Source: an uncultured delta proteobacterium | GTDB taxonomy: Bacteria; Myxococcota_A; UBA9160; SZUA-336 | Length of the DNA: 64,000 bases | NCBI GenBank assembly: GCA_963704165.1 | Contig: CAVPHD010000009.1 | Location: 224,001 to 288,000, forward strand | Direction of reading: 5' to 3' | Shown here: one piece after another, positions 51,713 through 61,798 of the stretch | How positions within the stretch are numbered: position 1 is the first letter of the stretch | Layout of the letters: each line of letters opens with the position of its first letter | Program-made: the position numbers and the translations under genes | Notes under the pieces: generated by a model | Told to the model about the DNA's origin: nothing | The model's input: only the letters and a program-made list of their open reading frames with translations | The model's database searches: none

Positions 51713-53413
51713 TCACAAAACGCGGGCGCGCGCCGGTGGGACGGCCGCCAGGAGCTCCCGCGCGTGAGCACGTGCAGCATCCGTGACACGGCCGCCACCC
51801 ATCCGCGCGATCTCGTCGACCCGCGACTCGCCCTCCAAACGCTCGACACGCGTCAGCGTTCTCCCGGCGCGGAGCGACTTCACGACTCGGTGATGCGCAT
51901 CGCCGAGCGCGGCGAGCTGCGGCAGATGGGTGATGCAGATCACCTGATTCCGTGCGGCGAGCGCGCGCAGGCGTTCGCCGACACGAACCGCCGTGCGGCC
52001 GCCGAGCCCGGCGTCGATCTCGTCGAAGAGCAAGAGACCGCTCGACGCCGCGTCCCGAAGCACGTTCCGGAGCGCGAGGAGCAGGCGCGAGAGCTCACCG
52101 CCCGAGGCCGCGTCGCGAAGCCGGCCGGGCGCCTCGCCGGGATTCGCCGCGAGCAGGAACGTCGCGCGTTCTCGCCCCGATGGGCCCGAAGGCGGATCGA
52201 GACCGTCGGCGCCCTTCGCAGGGAGCGCCTCGAAGGCGACGTGCAGCTTCGCGCGACCGAGCTCGAGCTCGGCGAGCTCGGCGGTGACCGAGCGCTCGAG
52301 ACCCAGGGCCGCCTCCCGGCGCGCCTCGGAGAGCGCGCGGCTGCGAGAGTCGAGCTGCTCGCCGGCGGCTTCGAGATCGCGTGCGAGCTCGGACGTCCTC
52401 GCATCTCCGCCCTCGAGTCCGGCGAGCTCGGCGCGCGCGCGATCGCGGTGCGCGAGCACGTCTTCGATCGTCGCGCCGTAGCGCGACTGCAGTCGGCGAA
52501 GCTCACCGAGTCGCTGCTCGACCTGTGCGAGCCGTTCCGGATCGGCCTCGAGGCGCGCGGTATAGCGAGAGAGCGCAAGCGACGCTTCGTCGAGCTCGAT
52601 GCGCGCGCGCTCGAGCGCAGCCTCCGGCTCCGCGAGCTCCGCGTCGAGCTCGTGGAGTCCGCGAAGCGCCGCGCGCGCGGAGCCGAGCTTCTCGCGCAGG
52701 CCTTCGTCGCCGTCGAGGATTTCGAGCGCGAGCGCGCTTGCCTGCGCGAGTCGATCGACGTGCCCGAGGCGCGAGTGCTCCGCGACGAGATCTTCGAGCT
52801 CGCCAGCGAGCGGCGCGGCGCGCTCGATCTGCTCGATCTCGAAGCGCAGCTGATCCTCGCGCCGCGCGAGCGCCTCGCGGTCGCGCCTGCGCGTCGCGAT
52901 CGCGGTCGCGAGCTCGCGCCAGCGTCGATACAGCGCGGCCACCTCGCCCGCCGCCGCGGAGAGCTCGGCGTAGGCGTCGAGCAGCTCGCCCTGCGCTTCG
53001 GGCCGGAGCAAGCGCTGGTGCTCTCCCTGACTGGTGATCTCGAGAGCCTCGCCGACGAGCTCCGCGAGCAGCGATACGGTCGCGAGCTTTCCGTTGATGG
53101 ACACCTTGCCACGACCCGCGCGTGAGAGCGTGCGCGAGAGAAGCAGCTCGTCGTCGTCGTCGGACGCGAGGCCGAGCTCCCGGGCGCGCGCGAGCAGGGT
53201 CGGGGAACGCAACGTCGCCTCGACCGAGGCCTCGGCCGCGCCCGCGCGCACGAGCTCGGATCCGACTCGTTGCCCCGAGAGCAACGCGATCGCCCCGAGC
53301 AGGACCGACTTGCCCGCACCGGTCTCGCCGGTGACGACGGTCAGGCCCGGCTCGAGCTCGAGTTCGAGCGACTCGATCGTGACCAGATTCCGCACGCGCA
53401 ATGTCTCGATCAA
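51713..53413 (-). CDS. recN: DNA repair protein RecN
   Basis: TGETGAGKS, ANPGE, ASGGELSR, FDEIDAG, ICITHLPQLA. Confidence 0.96.
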   Translation of the reverse strand: MIETLRVRNLVTIESLELELEPGLTVVTGETGAGKSVLLGAIALLSGQRVGSELVRAGAAEASVEATLRSPTLLARARELGLASDDDDELLLSRTLSRAGRGKVSINGKLATVSLLAELVGEALEITSQGEHQRLLRPEAQGELLDAYAELSAAAGEVAALYRRWRELATAIATRRRDREALARREDQLRFEIEQIERAAPLAGELEDLVAEHSRLGHVDRLAQASALALEILDGDEGLREKLGSARAALRGLHELDAELAEPEAALERARIELDEASLALSRYTARLEADPERLAQVEQRLGELRRLQSRYGATIEDVLAHRDRARAELAGLEGGDARTSELARDLEAAGEQLDSRSRALSEARREAALGLERSVTAELAELELGRAKLHVAFEALPAKGADGLDPPSGPSGRERATFLLAANPGEAPGRLRDAASGGELSRLLLALRNVLRDAASSGLLLFDEIDAGLGGRTAVRVGERLRALAARNQVICITHLPQLAALGDAHHRVVKSLRAGRTLTRVERLEGESRVDEIARMGGGRVTDAARAHARELLAAVPPARARVL

Positions 53414-54285
53414 GAAGAGCCCCAGCCGAGCTTCGTGCGCAGCGTCTCGAAGTGATCGTGCGGGGGCGTGGCGACGAAGCGCGCGGACTCCCGCGCCTTC
53501 ACCACGCGCACCTCGTCGCCGGATTGCAGCGTCGCGCCGACCTGGCCGTCGAGCGTCAGCGTCGCGTCTTCCGGGGATCGCAGCCGGACGAGGATCTCGC
53601 GATCGTCCGGCAGCACGAGCGGACGCAGACTCAGGGTGTGCGGGCAGATCGGATTCAGGATCGCCGCGGGCACGCGCGGATCGACGATCGGCCCCCCGGC
53701 GGACAGGTTGTATGCCGTCGAGCCGGTGGGCGTGGCGACGATCAACCCGTCCGAGCGGTAGCTCGAGACGATCCGTCCATCGACTCGGGCTTCGAGCTCG
53801 ATCAACCGCGCCAGCGCGGAGCCCTTCGTGATCACCGCGTCGTTCAGCACGAGCTCGCGCAAGAGCGCGCGGCCGGCGCGCATGTGCGTCACCTCGAAGC
53901 GGGTCCGTTCGACGATCTGGTGCGCGCCGCGGAGCAGCACGCCGAGTGCGGCCTCGGCTTCTTCGGGGTTCACGGCCGTGAGAAAGCCGAGGTGACCGAG
54001 ATTCACCGCGAGCACGGGAATCGAGCGCGCGCCGATTGCACGCACCGCAGCGAGCACCGATCCATCGCCGCCGAAAACGACGAGCAGGTCCGCTCCATCG
54101 ACGATCTGCTCGAGCGGGAGCCCACGGCTGCCGGCGACGTGACTCGCGGCGGCGGCATCGAGTGCGACCTCGAGGCCGTGCGACCGGATCTGCTCGACCA
54201 CGCGGGTGACGAGCGCGCCGACCCCGCTCGGGCCTGGCGCCTGGCCAGCCTTTACGGTGAGAGCGATTCGCTTCCAGCCGCCCAT
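53410..54285 (-). CDS. nadK: NAD kinase
   Basis: FGGDGS, NLGHLGFL, LNDAVI, DGLIVATPTGSTAYNLSAGGP. Confidence 0.96.
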   Translation of the reverse strand: MGGWKRIALTVKAGQAPGPSGVGALVTRVVEQIRSHGLEVALDAAAASHVAGSRGLPLEQIVDGADLLVVFGGDGSVLAAVRAIGARSIPVLAVNLGHLGFLTAVNPEEAEAALGVLLRGAHQIVERTRFEVTHMRAGRALLRELVLNDAVITKGSALARLIELEARVDGRIVSSYRSDGLIVATPTGSTAYNLSAGGPIVDPRVPAAILNPICPHTLSLRPLVLPDDREILVRLRSPEDATLTLDGQVGATLQSGDEVRVVKARESARFVATPPHDHFETLRTKLGWGSS

Positions 54286-54338
54286 GCGGCTTCCGACGAT
54301 ACGTCCCGCGAAAGTGGCGGGCAAGCTAGACTCCCTTC

Positions 54339-55670
54339 GTGGAGCTCTTCCCGCGTGAACCCGCGGTCACGCCTGCGCCCGCGCGCGACGCTCCGCTCGC
54401 CGCGCGGATGCGGCCGCGGACGCTCGACGAATTCGTAGGTCAGGCGCACCTGCTCGGTGCGAGCGGTCCGTTGGGTCCCGTGCTCGCGGCGAAGGGCAAG
54501 CTGCCGTCGTGCATCTTCTGGGGACCTCCGGGATCGGGCAAGACGACGCTCGCGCGCCTGCTCTGCGAGCGCGCCGGGCTTCGCTTCGCCGCGATCTCCG
54601 CCGTGCTCGCCGGCGTGAAGGATCTTCGCGAAGAGATCGCGCGCGCCGACGACGAACTCCGCCGCGGCGTTCGCACCGCGCTTTTCGTCGACGAGATTCA
54701 CCGATTCAACAAGGCGCAGCAGGATGCGCTCCTGCCGTGGGTCGAGCGCGGAACCGTGGTTCTCCTCGGCGCGACGACCGAGAACCCCTCCTTCGAGGTG
54801 ATCCCCGCGCTGCGCTCGCGCGCGCGGATCTTCACGCTGAAGCCGCTCGACGCAGCCGCGATCGAGGCGGTCGCGTTGCGTGCGCTCGAAGATCGCGAGC
54901 ACGGCCTCGGAGCGCGCGAGCTCACGATCGCGAAGGACGCGCTCGACCTGATCGCCCGGATCGCGCAAGGCGATGCCCGCCGCGCCCTCGGGCTGCTCGA
55001 GTCCGCCGCCGAACGCGCCGAGCGAACGATCGAGCGCGACCACGTCGCCGCCGCGTTCGAGTCGCGCCTCCCCGACCACGACAAGGGCGGCGAAGCGCAC
55101 TACGACGTGATCTCCGCGTTCATCAAGAGCCTGCGCGGAAGCGATCCCGATGCTTCGGTCTACTGGCTCGCGCGCATGCTCGACGGCGGCGATGAACCTC
55201 GCTTCATCGCGCGGCGACTCCTGATCTTCGCGGCCGAGGACGTCGGCAACGCCGATCCGAACGCTCTCGTCGTCGCCGTCGCGGCCGCCGAAGCCTTCGA
55301 TCGCGTCGGTCTTCCGGAAGGAAGGCTGATCCTGTCCCAGGCCACGACCTATCTCGCGTGCGCGCCAAAGAGCAACGCGAGCACGCTCGCGATCGCGCGA
55401 GCGTCCGAGTCCGCGCAAGAGCACGGCGCCCTGCCCGTCCCGCTGCACCTGCGAAACGCCCCGACGGAGCTCCTGCGCGAGCTCGAGTACGGCAAGGGCT
55501 ACCGCAGCCCGCACGACGACCCGAGTCACTTCGTGCGCGAGCAGTATCTGCCCGATGCGCTGGTCGGCGCGCGGTTCTACGAGCCATCGGATCAGGGCGA
55601 GGAGTCACGGATCGCCGCACGCCAGCACCGACGTTGGTCGAAGCCCGGGGACGAGAGCGGGACGGGCTAG
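54339..55670 (+). CDS. rarA: Replication-associated recombination protein A (MgsA)
   Basis: PLAARMRP, WGPPGSGKTT, DEIHRFNKAQQD, GATTENPSF, ISAFIKSLRGSD, EDVGNADP. Confidence 0.96.
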   Translation: MELFPREPAVTPAPARDAPLAARMRPRTLDEFVGQAHLLGASGPLGPVLAAKGKLPSCIFWGPPGSGKTTLARLLCERAGLRFAAISAVLAGVKDLREEIARADDELRRGVRTALFVDEIHRFNKAQQDALLPWVERGTVVLLGATTENPSFEVIPALRSRARIFTLKPLDAAAIEAVALRALEDREHGLGARELTIAKDALDLIARIAQGDARRALGLLESAAERAERTIERDHVAAAFESRLPDHDKGGEAHYDVISAFIKSLRGSDPDASVYWLARMLDGGDEPRFIARRLLIFAAEDVGNADPNALVVAVAAAEAFDRVGLPEGRLILSQATTYLACAPKSNASTLAIARASESAQEHGALPVPLHLRNAPTELLRELEYGKGYRSPHDDPSHFVREQYLPDALVGARFYEPSDQGEESRIAARQHRRWSKPGDESGTG

Positions 55671-57145
55671 CCCGCGCGCGAGATCGCGATGAACAGCGTC
55701 GAGCCACCTCGACGCACCAGCAGAAGCAGCCGCGGACCGGCCGCCTGGATCCGCGCCTCGAACTCGGCCGCGTTGGAGACGGGTTTCCGGTCGGTTTCGA
55801 GAATCACATCCCCGGCTCGATCCCGGCGCTCGCGGCTGGACCGTCGGGGTCGACCTCGACGACCGCGACTCCCGCGAGATCGCCGAGATCGAGCCGCTCG
55901 CGCAGCTCGTCGTCGAGATCCGCGACGCGCAGACCGAGGGCCGCCGCGCCGCCGCGCGCCCGACTCTGCTCGGTCCGGCCGCCACCGTCTTCGAGCTTGA
56001 CGACCGTGATCTCCGCGCGAACCGAGTCCCCTTCGCGAAGCAGCATCACCTCGATCGTCTTTCCGACCGGCGTCGCGGCGACCGCGCGCGACAGATCGCT
56101 GAGCTTTCGGATCGGCTTTCCGTCGAGGCTCCGGATCACGTCGCCTCGCTGCAGTCCGGCACGCTGCGCGGGACCGTCGGGCATGACCTGCGCGACGAGC
56201 GCGCCGTCCGTTCCCTCGATCGAGAGCGCCTTCGCGAGCTCCGGTGTCACGGCCTGCACCGAGACGCCGATCCAGCCGCGCGTGACGCTTCCGGTCTCCT
56301 TCAGTTGGGGAAGGATGTCCTTCGCCAGATTGATCGGGACCGCGAAGCCGATCGTGTTCGCCTGCGGGTTGATCGCCGTGTTGACCCCGATCACCGCGCC
56401 GCGACAGGTCGAGAAGGGGTCCGCCGGAGTTCCCGGGATTGATCGCGGCGTCGGTCTGGATGTAGTCGTCGTACGGCCCCTGACCGAGCTCGCGCCCCTT
56501 CGCCGACACGATCCCGAACGTCACGGTGTGGTCGAGGCCGAAGGGATTTCCGATCGCGACGACGAAGTCACCGGGCAGGATCGCGTCCGAGTCACCGAGC
56601 CGGAGCGGGTGCAGGTCCGCTTCGCGTTCGACCCGGATCAGGGCGATGTCGGTCTTCGGATCGAGGCCGACGACCGAGGCGGCGCTCTGGGTGCCGTCGG
56701 AGAAGTGCACGCGGATCTCGTCCACGCCATCGACCACGTGGTGATTGGTGACGATGTAGCCGTCCGCCGAGATCACGAAGCCGCTGCCCATGCTCGGAAC
56801 CCGGAACTCCTGCGGCGCGGGACGCTGCGGGGACTCGCGCCGGCCGCGCCGACCGAAGAGGTCGGGAAAGCCCGGAAACGGAAATCCTGGAGCGCGAGAC
56901 GGTTGACGGACCACCGTCTTCGACGTGTGCACGTTCACGATCCCCGGCGCCGCTTCGAGCGCGAGCTTCGCGATCCGCGAGTGCGTCTCCCCGACTCGAC
57001 CCTCGATCGGGTCTTCGGACCAGAACCGGGCGGCTGCGTTCGCAGGGACCGCCGGTGGGTCCGGAAGCAGGCCCGACCGGAGGAAGAGAAATGCCGCGGC
57101 CACCCCGATCACCGCGCCAAGACCGATCTGCACTGCTCGCTGCAC
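55667..57145 (-). CDS. HtrA/DegP-DegQ serine protease with two PDZ domains (frameshifts near 56400 and 55815)
   Basis: GSGFVIS, VTNHHV, DIAL, AIGNPFG, IQTDAAINPGNSGGPL; continues in another frame as IGVNTAI...IGFAVP...RGWIGV. Confidence 0.92.
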   Translation of the reverse strand: MQRAVQIGLGAVIGVAAAFLFLRSGLLPDPPAVPANAAARFWSEDPIEGRVGETHSRIAKLALEAAPGIVNVHTSKTVVRQPSRAPGFPFPGFPDLFGRRGRRESPQRPAPQEFRVPSMGSGFVISADGYIVTNHHVVDGVDEIRVHFSDGTQSAASVVGLDPKTDIALIRVEREADLHPLRLGDSDAILPGDFVVAIGNPFGLDHTVTFGIVSAKGRELGQGPYDDYIQTDAAINPGNSGGPLLDLSRRGDRGQHGDQPAGEHDRLRGPDQSGEGHPSPTEGDRKRHARLDRRLGAGRDTGAREGALDRGNGRRARRAGHARRSRAACRTAARRRDPEPRRKADPKAQRSVARGRRDAGRKDDRGDAASRRGLGSRGDHGRQARRRWRPDRAESGARRRGGPRSARRGSRRRAARAARSRRSRGSRGRRGRPRRSSRERRDRAGDVILETDRKPVSNAAEFEARIQAAGPRLLLLVRRGGSTLFIAISRAG

Positions 57146-57282
57146 GCGCCCTCCGGTTCGATCCGCCGTTCGCAAAATAGCGACCCCCGTCGATCGATGC
57201 CCCGCCCGAGGTCCGCTCGACATCGCGCGGGGTTTGCGTCGATCATGCCAGCGCGGAAGCAACGACCCGCAGGGAGTCCGAC

Positions 57283-58047
57283 ATGGTCGTCGAGTTCGAG
57301 ACGGATCAACGCCTCGCCATCCTCACGCTGAATCGCCCGGAGGCGCGCAACGCGGTCAACGGCGAGGTCGCGCAAGGCCTCGAGGCCGCCCTCGACCGCT
57401 ACGAATCCGATCCGGATCTCTGGGTCGCGATTCTCAAGGCGAACGGGAAGGCGTTCTGCGCCGGCGCGGATCTGAAGGAGATCGCGGCGGGCCGATTTCA
57501 CCTGCTGGTCACGAAGAAGGGCGGGTTCGCGGGAATCGTCAGCCGCGCGCGGACCAAGCCGTTGATCGCCGCCATCACCGGCAGCGCGCTCGCCGGCGGC
57601 ACCGAGATCGCCCTCTCCTGCGACATGATCGTCTGCTCCGAGGACACGGTCTTCGGATTGCCCGAGGTGAAGCGATCCCTGGTCGCCGCGGCCGGTGGGC
57701 TGTTTCGATTGCCGCGCGCGATCGGCATGGCGCCGGCGCTCGAAGTGATCATGACGGGTGATCCGCTCTCCGCGGCCCGCGCGCACCAACTCGGCATGGT
57801 GAATCAGGTCGTGCCCACGGATCAGGTGGTGAGTGCCGCGCGCGCCCTCGCGGACCGCGTGATCGCGAACGCGCCGATGGCCGTGCAGGCCAGCCGGGCC
57901 ATCGCGGTGCGCGCGTTCATCGACGAGGACGCGGAGCTCTGGGGCGCGAGCGGTGCCGCGTTCGCCGAGATCGGAAAGACGGAGGATTTCAAGGAAGGTC
58001 CGCGCGCGTTCATCGAGAAGCGCGCGCCGCGCTGGACGGGAAGATGA
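57283..58047 (+). CDS. Enoyl-CoA hydratase/isomerase (crotonase)
   Basis: LNRPEARNAVN, FCAGADLK, ALAGGTEIAL, FGLPEV, AFIEKRAP. Confidence 0.93.
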   Translation: MVVEFETDQRLAILTLNRPEARNAVNGEVAQGLEAALDRYESDPDLWVAILKANGKAFCAGADLKEIAAGRFHLLVTKKGGFAGIVSRARTKPLIAAITGSALAGGTEIALSCDMIVCSEDTVFGLPEVKRSLVAAAGGLFRLPRAIGMAPALEVIMTGDPLSAARAHQLGMVNQVVPTDQVVSAARALADRVIANAPMAVQASRAIAVRAFIDEDAELWGASGAAFAEIGKTEDFKEGPRAFIEKRAPRWTGR

Positions 58048-58856
58048 GCGCTTCCCCGTTCGTGCTGCGCTCGCTCGATGACGACGGGGTCTTGCTCGTC
58101 ACCCTGAATCGCCCGGAGAAGAAGAACGCCTTCCACGAGGCGCAGTTCGACGCGCTCACGGACTGCCTGAACGAGTCGCGCGAGGATCCGGCCGTCGCCG
58201 TCGTCGTGCTGACCGGCGCCGGCGGGAACTTCTCGTCCGGCGTCGATCTCGCCTCGTTCACCGGTCCGCGCCCCCCGCCGCGCGCCGACGGGAAGGCGAG
58301 CGCGTACTATGCCGGCGTCGACGCGATCTTCGACTTCGACAAACCGATGCTCGCGGCCGTGTGCGGCGTCGCGGTCGGCGGCGGCTGCACGCTCGCCGTC
58401 GCGTGCGACATCGTCTACGTCGGAGACAGCCTGCGCATGCGGCTTCCGTTCGCGAACCTGGGCTTGGTGCCCGAGATCGCGAGCAGCTACACGCTGCAGG
58501 CTGCGATCGGGCGCCAGCGCGCGAGCGAGTTGATGTTCACCGCGGAGTGGATCGACGCCGCGCGTGCGGTCGAGGTCGGAATCGCGGCACGCCGCTACCC
58601 CGACGCGCAACTTCTCGAGGCGACGCTCGCCAAGGCGCGCGAGATCGCGCAGTGGCCCGTGTCGGGGCTGCGCGCGATCAAGCAGACGCTGCAGGCCGCG
58701 CATCGGCCGGGCATCCTAGCGGCGCGCAAGATCGAGGACGAACTGATGCTGCGACTCGCCGGTTCCCCGGAGAACGTCGAGGCCGTCACCGCCTTCATGC
58801 AGAAGCGGCGCCCCGACTTCAAACGATTCAGAAAGAAGCAGGAGATCGAGAGATGA
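58044..58856 (+). CDS. Enoyl-CoA hydratase/isomerase family protein
   Basis: LNRPEKKNA, FSSGVDL, AVGGG, PFANLGLVPE, AFMQKRRPDF. Confidence 0.92.
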   Translation: MSASPFVLRSLDDDGVLLVTLNRPEKKNAFHEAQFDALTDCLNESREDPAVAVVVLTGAGGNFSSGVDLASFTGPRPPPRADGKASAYYAGVDAIFDFDKPMLAAVCGVAVGGGCTLAVACDIVYVGDSLRMRLPFANLGLVPEIASSYTLQAAIGRQRASELMFTAEWIDAARAVEVGIAARRYPDAQLLEATLAKAREIAQWPVSGLRAIKQTLQAAHRPGILAARKIEDELMLRLAGSPENVEAVTAFMQKRRPDFKRFRKKQEIER

Positions 58857-59416
58857 AGCTGCTGAGCCTGGCGACCGAGCCGTTCACCGCGCCCTCAGAT
58901 CGCGACATGCTGCCCTCGGAACGCCGCGAGTTCGTGCGCACGCATCGCACCTGCGTCTTCGGCTACGGCCGCCGCAGCGACGGGCCCGCGATGTCGATCG
59001 TCTACTACGTCCCGACGGAAGCCGACGAGCTGCTCGTCTCGACGATGCGCGGGCGCGCGAAGGCGAAGGCCGCGGCACGCGAGCGGAAGGTGAGCCTGTG
59101 CATCCTCGACGAGCGCTGGCCGTTCTCCTACGTGCAGGTCTACTGCGACGCGGTGGTCGACGACGATCCGAAGCTCGTCGTGGACGTGATGATGGCGATC
59201 GGCGGCCGGATGTCGGGCACGCCTCTGCCCGAAGCCGCTCGGCCGGTGGTCGAGGAGATGCGACGGAAGGAGGACCGCGTCGTTCTCCGCTGCCGACCCT
59301 ACGCGACCTTCGCCCAGCCGCCGCGGCATCTGCACCGAAACGATCAGGCGGAGGAGGTCACGCACTGGGTGACGGCGAGCATGCCCTGGGATGCCCGGGA
59401 CGCGCGCCCCGCCTGA
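58853..59416 (+). CDS. Pyridoxamine 5'-phosphate oxidase-like (PPOX-class, possibly F420-binding) protein
   Basis: ATGA-coupled; FGYGRRSDGPAMSIVYY, STMRGRAKAK, VSLCILDERWPFSY. Confidence 0.78.
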   Translation: MKLLSLATEPFTAPSDRDMLPSERREFVRTHRTCVFGYGRRSDGPAMSIVYYVPTEADELLVSTMRGRAKAKAAARERKVSLCILDERWPFSYVQVYCDAVVDDDPKLVVDVMMAIGGRMSGTPLPEAARPVVEEMRRKEDRVVLRCRPYATFAQPPRHLHRNDQAEEVTHWVTASMPWDARDARPA

Positions 59417-59433
59417 CGTGCGCGGCGCGCGGA

Positions 59434-60948
59434 TCAGCTGACGCTGCGGTCTCGCCCCTTCCAGAACGGTGCACGCAGCTCGCGCTTGAGCACCTTGCCG
59501 GGTCCGGATTTCGGCAGCGGATCGATCCGGAGGTCGATCGCCTTCGGCACCTTGTAGCCGGCGATGTGCTCGCGGCAGAACGCGATCAGCACCTTGGGGT
59601 CGAGATCGCGGTGTTCTTCGCGCAAGACGACGACCGCGTGCACCGCTTCGCCCCACTTCTCGTCGGGCACGCCAAAGGCGGCGGCCTCGAGCACGCCGGG
59701 GTGTCGGTACAGGACGTCCTCGACCTCGGTCGAGTAGACGTTCTCGCCCCCGGTCACGATCATGTCCTTGCTGCGATCGACGAGGAAGACGTACCCGTCC
59801 TCGTCCATGAAGCCGAGATCTCCGGTCCAGTACGCCCCGTCCTTCAGCACCGCCGCCGTCTGCTCGGGCTTCTTCCAGTAACCCTGCATGACGTTGGGAC
59901 CGCGCGCGACGACCTCGCCGATCTCGCGGCGCGCGACCTCGCGGCCGTCGGGATCGAGAATGCGCACGTCACAGCCCGGAATCGGTCGGCCGCAGGAGCG
60001 CGCGAGCGGGCTCGCGATCCGTTTCTCTTCGCCGGTGAGCGCCGTACACAGCGGCGACAACTCCGTCGCGCCGTAGACCTCGACGAGTCCCGCGCCCGGA
60101 AATGCCTCCGCGGTGCGGCGGAGCACCTCGGTCGCGATCGGCGAGCCGCCGTGCGCGATGCTTCGCACGCTCGACACCTTCCTCGGCCGCGCGATCTGCT
60201 CCTCGGCCATGGCGGCGAGCATGGTCGGCACGCCGAGCGTGACGGTGACGCCGTGCGCCTCGATCAGATCGAGAGCCTTGCCCGGATCGAAGGCCGCGAG
60301 CGTCACCTGACTTCCGGCCGTCCAGATGTTGGCGAGAATGCCGTTCGAGCCCGCGGCGTGAAACAACGGCGCCATCAGCAGCACGACGTCGTCGGCATAC
60401 TGGGGGCAGGTCGCGAGCCAGTGGTAGCTGTTCGCGATCAAGTTGCGGTGCGAGAGCATCACGCCCTTCGACGCGCCCGTCGTGCCTCCGGTGTAGAAGA
60501 GGCCCGCGAGGTCGTCTTCGGAGACGCCCTCTCCGAGCGGGTGTGGCTTCGCCGATCTCAAGAGCGTCTCGTACTCGTCCGGAAGCCGGACGACTCGCTC
60601 GACGAGCTTCGCGAACGGAGCCGGGTCGCGGTCCGTGATCAGGACCTTCGCGCCGGAATCCGCGATCGCGTACTCGAGCTCGGCGTTCGCGTGCCGCGTG
60701 TTGAGCGGCACGACCACGAGCCCGCCCGCCGGAACCCCGACGTACGTCTCGACGTACTGGGAGGAGTTGGCCGAGAGGATCGCAACCCGATCCCCGTGGC
60801 CGAGCCCCATCTCGCGCAGCGCGCCGACGAGCTTCTCCGCCCGCCCCCAGAACTCGGCGAACGTGAATTCATTCGCGCCCGAGACCAGAGCGACCTTCGA
60901 CGGAGCGATCTGGACGGCGCGTCGCAGCGGATCGACGAATGTGCTCAT
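59434..60948 (-). CDS. Long-chain acyl-CoA synthetase (AMP-binding)
   Basis: YTGGTTGASKG, YGATE, TGDLG, DRSKDMIVTGGENV, PKSGPGKVLK. Confidence 0.94.
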   Translation of the reverse strand: MSTFVDPLRRAVQIAPSKVALVSGANEFTFAEFWGRAEKLVGALREMGLGHGDRVAILSANSSQYVETYVGVPAGGLVVVPLNTRHANAELEYAIADSGAKVLITDRDPAPFAKLVERVVRLPDEYETLLRSAKPHPLGEGVSEDDLAGLFYTGGTTGASKGVMLSHRNLIANSYHWLATCPQYADDVVLLMAPLFHAAGSNGILANIWTAGSQVTLAAFDPGKALDLIEAHGVTVTLGVPTMLAAMAEEQIARPRKVSSVRSIAHGGSPIATEVLRRTAEAFPGAGLVEVYGATELSPLCTALTGEEKRIASPLARSCGRPIPGCDVRILDPDGREVARREIGEVVARGPNVMQGYWKKPEQTAAVLKDGAYWTGDLGFMDEDGYVFLVDRSKDMIVTGGENVYSTEVEDVLYRHPGVLEAAAFGVPDEKWGEAVHAVVVLREEHRDLDPKVLIAFCREHIAGYKVPKAIDLRIDPLPKSGPGKVLKRELRAPFWKGRDRSVS

Positions 60949-61008
60949 CGCGCTCTCTCTCCCTGCACCGAGGGCGACATTCCATCTGTCTCCCGCTCGA
61001 AGCCTAGA

Positions 61009-61025
61009 CGAGATGGACCATCTCG
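61009..61025. promoter_or_regulatory. Perfect palindrome, candidate repressor operator
   Basis: CGAGATGG-A-CCATCTCG between divergent genes, adjacent to the minus-strand TAGGCT -10 (61001-61006). Confidence 0.45.
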
Positions 61026-61105
61026 ACCACGGGGCACCCATCGTGGTGTCGTGCGATCATCACGCGCGTGAACGGCGATGGCGCGGGCGAGCGTGAGGCG
61101 GTGGT

Positions 61106-61798
61106 TTGATCCGAATCGCTCTCGGCGTTCTGCTCGTCGGACTGGTCGCGCTGCTCTGGGCCACCGGCTTCTTCGCGTGGGTGCAGGACGTCGAGCAGGT
61201 GCGCGCGGCCCTCGACGGACTCGGACCCTGGGCTCCGGTCCTCTACGTCCTCGCGTTCTCGCTGCTCGAGCCGCTCTTCGTTCCCGCGATCGTCTTCATC
61301 ATTCCGGGCGCGGTCATCTTCCCCTACTGGCAGCTTCTCTTGCTCTCGTGGCTCGGCGCGGTGGGCGCCGGTGTGGTCGGCTTCGGGTACGCCCGGACCC
61401 TGGGACGCGGGTTCGTCGACCGCCACCTTCCTCCCGCTCTGCGAAGATATGACGACCGTCTGGCGCGCAACGGGCTGCGCACGGTGATCTTCGTCCGACT
61501 CACTCTCTTCCTGGCTCCACCCGCGCACTGGTTGCTCGGCCTGTCGCGCGTCGACTTCAAGAGCTTCCTGGTCGGGACCGCGATCGGCTTCGTGCCCGGC
61601 ATCGCGTTGCTGACCTACGTCGTGGCCTTCGTCGGCGGATCGGTCCTCGATGGGCTCGGCGACCAGCCGAGGCACGTGTGGGTCGGAGTGGCGGCGGCGC
61701 TTGCGCTCGTCTGGGTCGCAGCGCGGATGCTGCGATCGCAGCGTCGGCGCTCCGCGGACGCCGGAACCGATCGCGACCCGATCGCCCCGCGTCGCTAG
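61106..61798 (+). CDS. TVP38/TMEM64 (DedA/VTT) membrane protein
   Basis: Multiple TMs; GPWAPVLY, PGAVIF, ARTLGR, FVRL, FLVGTAIG. Confidence 0.85.
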   Translation: MIRIALGVLLVGLVALLWATGFFAWVQDVEQVRAALDGLGPWAPVLYVLAFSLLEPLFVPAIVFIIPGAVIFPYWQLLLLSWLGAVGAGVVGFGYARTLGRGFVDRHLPPALRRYDDRLARNGLRTVIFVRLTLFLAPPAHWLLGLSRVDFKSFLVGTAIGFVPGIALLTYVVAFVGGSVLDGLGDQPRHVWVGVAAALALVWVAARMLRSQRRRSADAGTDRDPIAPRR

